Below are positions 1-10,030 of a stretch of DNA of 64,000 nucleotides, one piece after another. The number at the start of each line of letters is the position of its first letter. Positions within the stretch are counted from its first letter, which is position 1. The notes beneath the pieces are model-generated. The model was not told the DNA's origin. It ran no database searches and saw only the letters and a program-made list of their open reading frames with translations. Source of the stretch: Mobula birostris (taxonomy: Eukaryota); NCBI RefSeq assembly GCF_030028105.1, contig NC_092395.1, positions 42,932,459 to 42,996,458 of the forward strand, given 5' to 3'. The position numbers and the translations under genes were made by a program.

Positions 1-1938
1 TTATCGCCGCTTCATTCGGAATTTCGGCTCTATCGCGGCTCCAATTAATGCACTCACCAAGAAAACCTCGGCAGGATTCTAATGGACGGACCATACCGAC
101 CAAACATTTTCAGAGCTAAAGCGATGTTTCACCACTGCCCCGATGCTGCAACAGCCAGACCCATCTCGGCCATTCACTATCGAGATGGATGCATCCGATG
201 TAGGCATTGGAGCTGTCCTCTCTCAGCGCTCGTCTGCGGATAGCCCTCGCTCCCTTGTGCCTTTCTTTCCCGTCGCTTAACTCTGGCCGAAAGGAATTAC
301 GACGTTGGGAACTGGGAGCTTCTAGCTGTCAAGGAGGCCCTAGAGGAATGGCGACACAGGCTGGAGGGGGCAGAGCATCCATTCCTGGTCTGGACAGATC
401 ACAAGAACCTCTCCTATATTCAGATGCTAAAATACTCTCTGGTCAAGTCCGGTGGGCTCTCTGTACACACGGTTTAATTTCATCCTCACTTATTGTCCCG
501 GCAGCAAGAATACAAAGGCGAACGCTCTCTCCCGGCAGTTCGACGGATCTGAGGACAATGCCGATCCAGAGCCCATTCTTCCCCGTTCGTGTATCGCTGC
601 TCCGGTGATCTGGGGAACAGAGGCAGAGGTGAGGGCCGCCCAATAATCAGATCCAGGCCCGGATGGGGACCTCCCAACCGGCTGTTTGTCCCTGCTGCGG
701 TGCGTTCCACATTGTTGGGATGGGGTCACTCCTCCCGTTTGGCTGGACATCCGGGAGTTCAATGGACTCAGGAGTTTAAAAGAGACAATGTTAGTGGCCA
801 TCTATGTCCCAGGATGTCCTCGAATTTGTATCTGCCTGTCTTACCTGCGCTCGAAACAAGTCATTACGTCAGAGTCCTGCGGGTCTGTTATGTCCATTGC
901 CTGTGCCCCACCGCCCCTGGTCCCACCTCTCAGTACATTTCATCACTGGTCTGCCCTCGTCTAATGGAAACACCATCATTTTCGTCGTTGTAGATCGATT
1001 TTCCAAGGCTGCCCACTTCATTGCCCTCCCCAGGCTCCCATCGGCTCGTGAGACTGCCACACGCATAGTTCAACATGTGTTCAGGATCCATGGCTTCCCT
1101 CAAGACATAGTGTCTGATCGTGGACCACGGTTCACTTCCCGCTTTTGGAAGGGTTTCTGCTCTCTTTTTGGTGTCATGTCTGGCTTCCACCCCCAATCTA
1201 CTGGCCGGACGGAGAGAATAAACCAGGAGTTGGAGACAACCCGGTGCTGTCTTTCCTCTTCCAACCCCACGTTCTGGACTCCCAATTGGTATGTCTCCCT
1301 TTGAATGCCAGAAAGGATTCCAGCCCCCGCTCTTCCCTGATCAGGAGATCGACGTGGGAGTTCCTGCTGCTGAACAGCTGATTCAGCGCTACAAGCGCAC
1401 CTGGAGACAAGCCAGGGCTTCTCCGCTGCGCGCCAAGAAACAGCATTCCTGGCAGGCTGATCGGCTCCGTCAACCGGTAAGGACATTGAAGCCAGTAGAG
1501 GAGGTCTGGTTGGTATCAACGGATCTTCTTCTGAAAGTCGAGAACTGGAAATTGGCACCGCGCTACGTGGGACCTTTTGTAGTGGAAAGGGCTGTCAGCA
1601 AGGTGTCCTATAGACTGCGTCTACCAGCATCGCTGAAGATCCACCAGTATTCCATGTTTCCCAGCTGAAGCCTGTTACTACCTCTCCTATAGCCCCACTT
1701 ACCCCACCTCCCACACCTCCCCGCCTGGTAGATGGTTCCCTTGTCTATACTATGTGGCACCTCCTGGCATCTCGCCGGGTACGTGTTAAGGTCCAGTACC
1801 TTGTGGACTGAGAAGCGTATGGCCCAGAATAGCGTACTTGGATACCGGCGAAGGACATCTTGGACCAGTCGCTGATCCGGGATTTCCAGCGGACACAGGT
1901 CTGTGCGCCTCAGGCGCTGCGCCTGGAGAGGGGGTCCC
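1..1938 (+). mobile_element. Ty3/Gypsy chromovirus-type LTR retrotransposon, 3' part of pol (RNase H, integrase, chromodomain), frameshifted
   Basis: ORF fragments give RNase H (..[12 protein letters not shown]..), integrase (PWSHLSVHFITGLPSSNGNTIIFVVVDRFSKAAHF; IVSDRGPRFTSRFW; GPFVV) and a chromodomain remnant at ~1730-1900. Polypurine tract GGAGAGGGGG at 1925-1934 precedes the LTR. Confidence 0.93.
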
Positions 1939-2364
1939 TGTCACAACTACGGATTCGGCAGCGAGGTAGATACGGCAATTGTGCTTGTGAATTTGTACGT
2001 GTCAGCTAATTATTTAATCGTGATAGTATTGAACTCCATACTTGTCGTCGTAGTGCTTGTCGAGACTTGGACAGAGAACAGCAACGCTTCGCTGTCTGCT
2101 TTGCTTTCGGCCTTTCGCTGAGAAATTGGACTTTCGAGTTAACTGACTTTGAAGACTTCGCAGGATTCGTTTAATGTTTAGATTTTCTTTTCAGCTGTAG
2201 TGTAGACTTCGGTTCTCATTTGAGTGTTTTAGTTAACGGCTCTATTTGGCCAAGTGTTTATTGTTTATTTTCCCTCAAACACTGTTCGCAATAAAGTTTG
2301 TGAACTATCGACCCGCTTCAGTGTCTCTCTCTCCGCACTTGGGCCATATCCGAACCTGGTAACA
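1939..2364 (+). mobile_element. 3' LTR of the Gypsy element (426 bp)
   Basis: Starts TGTCACA just after the PPT, ends TAACA, and has an internal AATAAA near 2290. Confidence 0.85.
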
Positions 2365-2389
2365 AGTACTTGATGCATGTTAGAGGAAA

Positions 2390-2775
2390 GTTGAACAGGC
2401 ACCAATGGGCTTGCTCTACATGGACCCAATGGGCTGAATGGCCTCATTATGTGTTTTGATAAATTCCACCATAAGACCACAACACATTGGAGGAGAAACA
2501 CGTCATTCAGCTCATCTACTCCACCATTCCATCATGGCTGATTTATTATCCCTCTCATTCACCTGCTTCTGCCTTGTCCGCATCCGCGTCGACGCCTTTA
2601 CTTTTCAAGTACCTGTCACCCTCCACTTTAAGTATACTTAGTGACTTGGCCGACACAGCCGTCTGTCGCAATGACTTCCATTGATTCACCACCCTCTCGT
2701 GAAAGAAATTCCTCCTCATCTCTGTTCGAAGGGGATGTCCTTGTCTTCTCAGACTCTTCCCTCTGATCCTTGACG
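2390..2775. repeat. CR1-type LINE 3' fragments
   Basis: CR1 3'UTR motif GGGCTGAATGGCCT. Minus-strand ORF remnant RRQGHPLRTEMRRNFFHERVVNQWKSL. Confidence 0.75.
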
Positions 2776-4035
2776 AATAGGAACTCAGAGAACAACTTGG
2801 GAACAGGTCGGTGTGAGATTTCTTTGTTTGATTGAAATGGTGGGACTTGCCCATCGGGGGTGGTGTTTTTGTGAGTGCGTTTTCTTTCTCAGGAACTCTG
2901 TGCTGTGCGAAGTCGAACCTTGGATTTCCCGTCCACTCGACCATTCCATGCAAGTACAAACAGCACTGATCACACTTCCAGCTCTACCAGGATTGCTGGT
3001 TCTCTCTTTACCTCCCCCTGTTACCCATCCCGCATCTCTCCCAACCGGTTCTCTTCCCGCCTTTCTGTCTCCTGGGCATTTTATTCTCTGATCTCACCTT
3101 CGCTACCGGCTGTTTCTCTGTCACCCCCTCTCTCTATCCATCCCATCTCTTCTTCCCTCTGTCTATATCTCTCTTTCTCTGACACACACAGTCTTCCTCC
3201 CTTTGCCACCATTATCATGCTCCTCAGCCGAGGGAAACAGCCATTGTTTGAAATCCCGGACTGAATGCCCAATGGTGACTACCCCGTCCGTCGAAGTAAC
3301 GGCAAGGGGGTGGGGGGGGGGGGTCAGCGGTGGAGGGTTCTGAGCGAGTTGGTGGGGAGGGAGAGGAAGGATTAAATTCGGAACAGGGTTGGGAAATGAT
3401 TGCAGTGGCGCTGCAAATGGTTAGAAGATAAGGTTTCAGCCTAGGAAGCATTGGCGGAGTGGGTGGGTTGCGAAGGAGAAGGGAGGGAGGCCGAGGGTAC
3501 AGTTGAGAGAGAAGTGGAAAGGTGATCCGGAACTAATCTGATCTAAATCCCGAACTATTTTGTCTCAGGACTCCCGCACGACACGCCATCGCTCAATAGG
3601 TAATTGAGGAACAGAATTTAAACATCAATCCTTGTGACCCGGTCTTTATTTCAACCGTCTCAGATAACCAGACTGTCCAGTTTGTGTCAGTATTGGTCAT
3701 TTCCGGCAAAACTTCATTAGCCCAGAATGTAATTACAATTTATTCCTCTCTCCACCAGTGTTGCTACAGAAACTGAATATTTCCAGCCACGTTTATGTTC
3801 ATTTCCTTTACTAACCTTCCCAAAACCAACTGCTTTGTTCTCATTTTACATCGCAGCCTAACAATCAACCCACCACCCTGACCGTGTCCAAGGCTCCCGG
3901 AGAGATTTCCTGAACTTCACGAACCAGAGAGAGACGAGTCTCCGCTCTCTTCCCTCCTGCCACTTGGTATCAGAATAGGAAAAACACGAAAGAAGACGAA
4001 AGGAGCAGACAGAAAACATTCCTGCATTGATCATC

Positions 4036-4104
4036 TTTATTGGTAGTTAGTCACCATTACCGGTTGTCAGTCTGATACTGATAATGTATCACAAAACGTT
4101 TATT
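4036..4104 (-). terminator. Polyadenylation signals of IgL cluster 1 (two AATAAA on minus strand)
   Basis: TTTATT at 4036-4041 and 4099-4104, about 290-350 nt past the C stop. Both are conserved in cluster 2. Confidence 0.7.
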
Positions 4105-4391
4105 AATTATTCTAATTAAACCAACCCCAATTTCAGAGAAAACCATTCACAGCCTGAAATTTCAAGAAGCCAAGTAACTGTCCGCGTTACCACCGTGTAG
4201 CCTCTCAGTAGGAAAAAGAAAAAAATCCGCCTCAACTCAGACTACAAATATTCCAACACCACAGTGGAAACTATAGACAGCGGAACAGAAGGGAAGTACA
4301 GGGAAGAGCGAGTAAGAGTGGTAGAGGTGAAAGATACAAGGCCATGATCTCCCGTTAATCGGGAACAAACAAGGCCGAAGCCGCGCTCTGT

Positions 4392-4714
4392 TTAACAGCT
4401 GGATTGTGTGACTGTTGCGGATATTGTCGAGGCTGCTCCTTGTTGAACTGAGCAGGAGTACCTCTTCCCACTGCTCCAGTCTGCGCCGGGCACCGTCAGG
4501 TAGCTGCTGAGACTGAAGGTTTTGTCCGCGTTCTGAGTCACTCCGATGGTTTGCACCTCACTGCTCGTCGGACTGTCGTTCACTGTCCAGCTGACGACAG
4601 GAAAGCCCATCGACAATTTACTGACCAGGCAAACTAAGGTGCCAGATCCTTTAGCGGAGATCTGCTCGGCTGATGGCCCAAGCAGTTTCACTGAAGGGTC
4701 CGGGAGTTCCCGAG
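4392..4714 (-). CDS. Ig light-chain constant exon (sigma-type), cluster 1; frame intact but belongs to a probable pseudogene
   Basis: Acceptor ttgttcag| at 4715. Translates (A)RELPDPSVKLLGPS...TLVCLV...VSW...YSCSV...QSSC*, a C1-set domain with both Cys, the Trp and a terminal Cys. Confidence 0.95.
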
Positions 4715-5998
4715 CTGAACAAGAACAAAAAAAAAGACGTGTTTCAAAACACGAACGATCTCTCGTCATTTTTTTTTTTCAAAACTATAAAAGTTTATTG
4801 ACATCATATATACACAAAGTGCAGACTTTCAATATTTACAACATAGTAAGTCTACTCAGATAAAAATATGGTTACTACCAACAGTCCATACCCCGTGGGG
4901 TTCATAGCTCCCGGGTCCTCCACAATTTGACAGAGCGCAAGTAAAAGGTTTCAGGTTCATTGCGTGGGGCTGCGAGTCTCACTGAAAGACAGCGCAGTGC
5001 CCATGGAGGACAGTGCGTATTGCTTATACTGCAACACTGGAAATCTACTCCAACAGGTGAAGCTTTTTGGCGCTGAGTCATTCCCGGAATTGAGAGACAC
5101 ACTGGCATCAAAGCGCCCCCAGAGTAGTTAAGTGCCCAGTCTCTGTTCCATCTCCGTGACACGTTCCTCCTCTTCCCTCCGACCCACCCACCCATCACTA
5201 ATGTCGCAGCTTCTGCAGGGAGAAAAAAAAATCTCACAATCTGCTCTGCCCCAATGGACGAGAGCACCAAAAGCGCGGTCCTGAGCTTCATGGATCGGGG
5301 CAGGGTAGGTCGTTCTGTGATTTGTGATGATGTCGAAGGATTCGGCTCCCACTCACTGTGCGGATTGGGAGATTGCATTCTCCGCAAGAGCTCTGGCCAT
5401 AGTCGGTGTAGTGACGGGATCGCTGAAAAGTGGTTCCCCAGAAAGGAACAGCGCTCAAATGAGCGGGTGGAGAGGAGGCGAGGGCTGGGCACTGGGAGAG
5501 GGTATTTTAATTGATGGGTGCTGGAGGAGAGTTGCACCTTCACTGGGAGCACAGCAAGTCCGGTAAGTGTCGGAGGGATGTTTCACGGGAATGGGCTAAA
5601 CAATAACTTGAAACGTCGTTCTAATGCATTGTCATGGACTGTCTTCAGTCGGCAACGTCCTGCCCCACTGTGTCCCTTCTCTTTCGTTCCTATCAAAGCA
5701 ACATAAAAACTGACAAACTAACACTAGAACAGAAATAACACTAATGATCAGAAAATGTTAAATCATAGTTTGTCGGAAAACACAACCGAAAAGAGAAATG
5801 TTTCATTAAGAGAAGGTAACAATTCACCAAACACAACTCTGTCCCGTAAAACTGACGCTGAACTCGAAACACGATTAAATTGTAAATCAATACTTTCACT
5901 TTAATACTCGCTAGGAAATTATAACGTATAAATTATTAATTGCCGGGTGGCCGTATTTATAACGTGGTTATTGCAGGAGATATTTCCCAGACACCTAC

Positions 5999-6349
5999 CT
6001 GTAACGAAGAGCTTTGTCCCACGGCTGAAAGTACTGGTTCGTGTAACCCACTTTCCGCAGTTATCGACGGCAGCGTCATTCATCTCCACCCTGTTTATGA
6101 TTAATTGATACTCAGTGCCGGCGCTGTTGACTGTCGACGTGAAACGGTCACTGCTAATCCCAGGGGCGTAGTTTAGGCTATTCCAGGAATCATGGTAATT
6201 TAGGATCAATTGTGGAATTGTTCCCGGAGTCTGCTTGTACCAGTTCACACGATTGCCATCCTTTGTCCCAATGTTACAATTCAGCGTGGCCGTGGCTCCT
6301 GGACTCACCGACACGGTCGGAGGCTGAGTCAGAGTCTGGGACTCTACAG
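5999..6349 (-). pseudogene. Germline-joined VJ exon of sigma-type Ig light chain, cluster 1 (probable pseudogene)
   Basis: Acceptor ctttcatag| and donor ACAG|gtaggt. QTLTQPPTVSVSPG...C...WYKQ...DAAVDNCGKWVTRTSTFSRGTKLFVT. V runs straight into J with no RSS. YYC is changed to DNC and FGxG to FSRG. Confidence 0.9.
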
Positions 6350-6452
6350 CTATGAAAGACAGGAATTCAATTTTAACATTGACTCTTTAATCTGACCCCC
6401 CAAGACCCACCTCAGCCACCACTGGTGGTGCAGACTTGCTGCCTGTATTTAC

Positions 6453-6497
6453 AGCCCAGACACACTGGCAGAGACCAGAAAAACACAGCGTCCGCAT
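6453..6497 (-). pseudogene. Leader exon of cluster 1, 45 nt (1-nt deletion vs cluster 2)
   Basis: ATGCGGACGCTGTG-TTTTTCTGG... lacks the C seen in cluster 2. Donor is gtaaat. Splicing gives MRTLCFSGLCQCVWAL*. Confidence 0.85.
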
Positions 6498-6576
6498 CGT
6501 TGCTGCCCGTCAGCTTCCTGCCTCCTGTCTGTCGATGGATCTGTGACTGACTGACCGCCGCTGCCGGTGGAACCCG

Positions 6577-6617
6577 GTTATAGAGCCATTCACACCCGGG
6601 AGGGAATCCACGCAAAT
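6577..6617 (-). promoter_or_regulatory. Degenerate IgL promoter, cluster 1 (TATA-like motif; octamer mutated to ATTTGCGT)
   Basis: ACGCAAAT at 6610-6617 aligns to ATGCAAAT in cluster 2. CTATAA-like motif at ~6578-6583. Confidence 0.75.
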
Positions 6618-6854
6618 CAGGGTGACTCACACTGACCGGTCAGAGCGGGGATCCGAAATCCTCCCATATGCTGTCACGTACCATCGGGTTGAGGCGGCGA
6701 CATTGTTAGCAACTGACTGATCTATTAAAAACAAATCACGAATGAAAAAGTCATTAATTGTCCGACAGTTCCCATACTCTGCCTTTATTTCGCTGATTCC
6801 TTCCTTGGGTCCACAGATGCCCTTCACACCTCCAGTGACAACAGGACAGGACAC

Positions 6855-6990
6855 TGCAGGTTCTTGAATGGTCTCGAACCGAAACGTCGACTGTACTGTT
6901 TTCCATAGATGCTGCCAGGCCTGCTGAGTTCCTCCAGCATTTCGTGTGTGTTGCTTGGATTATCAGCATCTGCAGATCTTATCTGGTTTG
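6855..6990 (+). repeat. Penelope-derived short repeat arm with degenerate hammerhead remnant
   Basis: GAAACGTCGACT (6881-6892) followed by GATGCTGCC..CTGCTGAGTTCCTCCAGCATTT..CAGCATCTGCAGA. Orthologous copy at 45305-45430. Confidence 0.75.
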
Positions 6991-7301
6991 TGATAGCGCA
7001 GTGCAGGCTTCCTGTTCCCGCATCAGTCATTCAGTCCTGAAGTCCAAACCCATTTTGGCAATTTGAGAGTTGAATTCGTTCTAAATGTGGGGACGAAACA
7101 ATGACGCTGGAGGAGCTGACTGGCTCCATCTATTCCTTCGAATCTAACAAAATTCCTAGAATTGACAGCTTACAGTCTCAGCTCTGATGCACCTTTTCAG
7201 GTGAAGTCAAATCGAATGGAATCAAGTTTAATTATGATTCCAACGATACTCGAAGACAGTCCAAAGAGACAGCGTTCTTCTGGGGCCAAGATGCATAATA
7301 T

Positions 7302-7459
7302 NNNNNNNNNNNNNNNNNNNNNNNNNNNNNNNNNNNNNNNNNNNNNNNNNNNNNNNNNNNNNNNNNNNNNNNNNNNNNNNNNNNNNNNNNNNNNNNNNNN
7401 NNNNNNNNNNNNNNNNNNNNNNNNNNNNNNNNNNNNNNNNNNNNNNNNNNNNNNNNNNN
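7302..7459. other. Assembly gap (158 N)
   Basis: Run of N. Confidence 1.
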
Positions 7460-8507
7460 TATGTAAGAAAACAGATGTAGAGTCTCGGTCCCTGAGTGAC
7501 ATCCACTTCGATGATACAGCTCCCGGCAATACAGCCTGTCATTCCACAGATTGAACACTGGAGGGCAGCACTGACCGAAAAGGCCAAATCTCAACTGAGC
7601 ACGGACTCTCTGCTACATCGTCTCCAGCGTCGTCTCATCTCCAAACTCGCTGGAGACCAAGTCCGTGCCGACAACCGAGGCCACGCTACTGTCTCGTCAC
7701 CCGTTATACACCAAGCAAGTGAAACAGGATTGTTGCATCTCACATTGTTCATGTCTAGCGATCGCAAGGTAAACGTCCAAGACAGTCACTGGTGACACGG
7801 CACTCTGCTTTTGCGCACCAACCCCCACGCCTTCGAGTGCAGGCAGCAACTCGGTCTGCACTCAGGTCAGCTCCTCCGAACCTTCTCCAGCCCATCTGCC
7901 GGCCTCTCCTCTGAGCCGAGCTGGGCACCGGCTCCTTTGTCACCCCATCCGGCGGCTACGAACAACGCGGTAGACCTACTGTGCCCGTAGTTCTTGGAGT
8001 GCAGCATATTCATAGGATCATTAAAAAATCACACATTTGAAAAAGAAAAGCGCACCTTTGGTTGACCGCTGCGTTAGAACACGCCGCCATCTTAGCGGCA
8101 TCACAATGTGGGAAGTGCACAATGCGATGCTTCCAGTTGTCACATGGCAGACTCCACGAGGAAGGGCATCCAGAACTCTACAGCCTAACAGCTAAACGAT
8201 TTTACTTTCAAACTTTCTACTTTTAAAGTTTGCCCAGAAGCAAAGTACTGCTTCTGTTGTCAAATTGAAATTAAAGCAGAGACACTCAGCAATTCTGACG
8301 GTGCCCACTGGAGAAAGAAACAGGGTTAACATATCTGATTTAAACCAGAGACAATGATATCTTGTTTTATATTTAATTGTTCTGTTGGAATTGTAGTTAC
8401 CATATCGGTTTGGCTATGTGAAATGACGTAGTTATGGTGTACATATCTACCCAATGGGAATTGATTTCTAAACAGAACTTTCTGATGAATGAATTCACAA
8501 CATCTTC

Positions 8508-8673
8508 CTGTTAAGGAACACTTTCAGTGCGCTGGATGAACTCAGCAGGTCGGGCAGCATCAGTTAGAAACGATGAGTCAACATTTTGGGCCGGAAGGGT
8601 TCGACCTGCTGAGTTCTTCCTGCGTACTGAAAGTGTTGCTTTGATCACAGCATCTGCAGATTATTTTGTGTTT
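8508..8673. mobile_element. Palindromic (MITE-like) copy of the same short repeat family, specific to duplication copy 1
   Basis: Inverted arms GAACTCAGCAGGTCG / CGACCTGCTGAGTTC. Flanked by diverged direct repeats ATCTTCCTGTTAAGG / ATCTTGCTGTAAAGG. Empty site at ~48376-48390. Confidence 0.75.
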
Positions 8674-8689
8674 ATCTTGCTGTAAAGGC

Positions 8690-9030
8690 TGTTTTTGTGT
8701 GGGTCTTTTGAAGGATTGCTTACTTTTCTTTCAGTCACTTCATGAAAACTTCCAGAAATGAAAAACACCTCAAACCATGTTTGTCAGCACTTTGCAATAA
8801 TGTTGATTTGTGTGCTTTGTACAAAACTTCATTGCTCATCGATAAATCTGGAAAGCAGCATACAATTGGAGAAGAATTGATTTTGCCAGCCATAAGGAAG
8901 ATTCTGAGTACAATTTTGCATAAGTCACCAGAGCAAATAATAAAAGTATTGCCACTCAGCGACAACACTGTCAAAAGATGAATAAATGATACATCTGAGA
9001 ACGTGGAAGAAACATTAAACATTAGAATTT
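8690..9030 (+). mobile_element. hAT (Charlie/Buster-like) transposase fragment
   Basis: IDKSGKQHTIGEELILPAIRKILSTILHKSPEQIIKVLPLSDNTVKR matches the Buster/SCAND3-like motif KPHTIGEELILPA...LSDN.V.RRI. Confidence 0.85.
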
Positions 9031-9189
9031 ATTCCCTTTTCTTGTTTGTGTGCTGTATAAGACCTTTGCCAAAGCCATCAGCAGAACGACGAGAGCATAA
9101 AATGTGTGACCTCGACAGACAATGGAGGGACCCAAGTGAAACGTTTCCTGTGCATGGACAGATTTACCATCTTCCACTTGGATGTGAAG

Positions 9190-10030
9190 TAAGTTCACAA
9201 ATTAATCAGCATGGCTAAGCAGTCAGGCTGCCAACTCGAACTACTCACGGAGTCGGTTGCCAGTTGCCAAAGAGCCAGGCCATCTTCTTTGGCAACTGGC
9301 CCAACTGATCCAATGTCTCTTTCATCATCAGGTTTGCTTATGTGAGGGTGCTGGGGATCGTGTACTGAGGGGCCGAGGGGTGCAGCACGAATTGACTGGA
9401 GCAGATTGGGAGGGTAGAGCAGGACTGTGGGGAAGATGCTCCTATCATTAATTGAGGAGAACAAGCCATCCACTGTGAGGCATTCTGAGGGCTGCTACAC
9501 ATGGTGCAGATGTGGCCTATCCCTCCGCTCTGCTCCTCTAGTTTGGAAATGACCCAGGTTGTTCTCTGCTTCATCGGGGAATCTAAGATGGAGCAAATAA
9601 GACTTGTGCATTGTCGAATGCACAGGCCCTTGGTCAAAAACGTTCAAAATGTCCCCATTACCGTGATGAGCACATTCATGTGTTGTTGCTTCAGACTATG
9701 TGTGGAACCGAAGCATGTGGGCACCAAGTATCATTATTGAGGTTATATCTGTCCCGGGTGTTGAGAAGGATGGGTCTGGCCATTGATTGTCCCAGTCAAC
9801 TGGACACTTGTGCAGCCACTTGTAAGGGCTCAGTGAGGAAGGACCACATGGAAGGTTCTTTTGTTATGGGACGGGGAGTGGCTGGGTTTGGTGAGGAAGC
9901 TCCTGAGTTATTGCCCTAAGTGTAGCACCCAGCAGGACTACATAAGTAACAATAGAGTTAGTGGCTTTAAGGAATTTAACTGAACACTAGTTAATGACTT
10001 TTTAAAGCATAAAAGGGCATTGCACCATTT
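9190..10030 (+). mobile_element. Tx1-clade non-LTR retrotransposon ORF2 fragment
   Basis: Frame with stops reads VRVLGIVY*GAEGCSTN*LEQIGRVEQDCG...LLHMVQMWPIP...CFRLCVEPKHVGTKYHY, resembling the Tx1 post-RT region. Orthologous piece at 48745-49310. Confidence 0.7.

Noticed and set aside
2894-3260. Acceptor-like site ttttctttctcag followed by open frames
   Set aside because: Low-complexity pyrimidine-rich sequence, with no recognisable product and no convincing donor.
4260-4300. CACAGTG in the 3'UTR of cluster 1 as a possible RSS or deleting element
   Set aside because: No nonamer, and the ortholog in cluster 2 reads AAAGTG.
4902-5566. Several 70-216 aa ORFs in the J-C introns (also 43486-44266)
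   Set aside because: Frames, starts and stops are not conserved between the two copies and no protein family is recognisable. They are explained by GC-rich intron sequence.
7090-7175. LEELTGSI.SF.SNK peptide in both copies, superficially like a Copia gag motif
   Set aside because: Only about 25 codons, with no other Copia domains or LTRs. More likely conserved upstream non-coding sequence.
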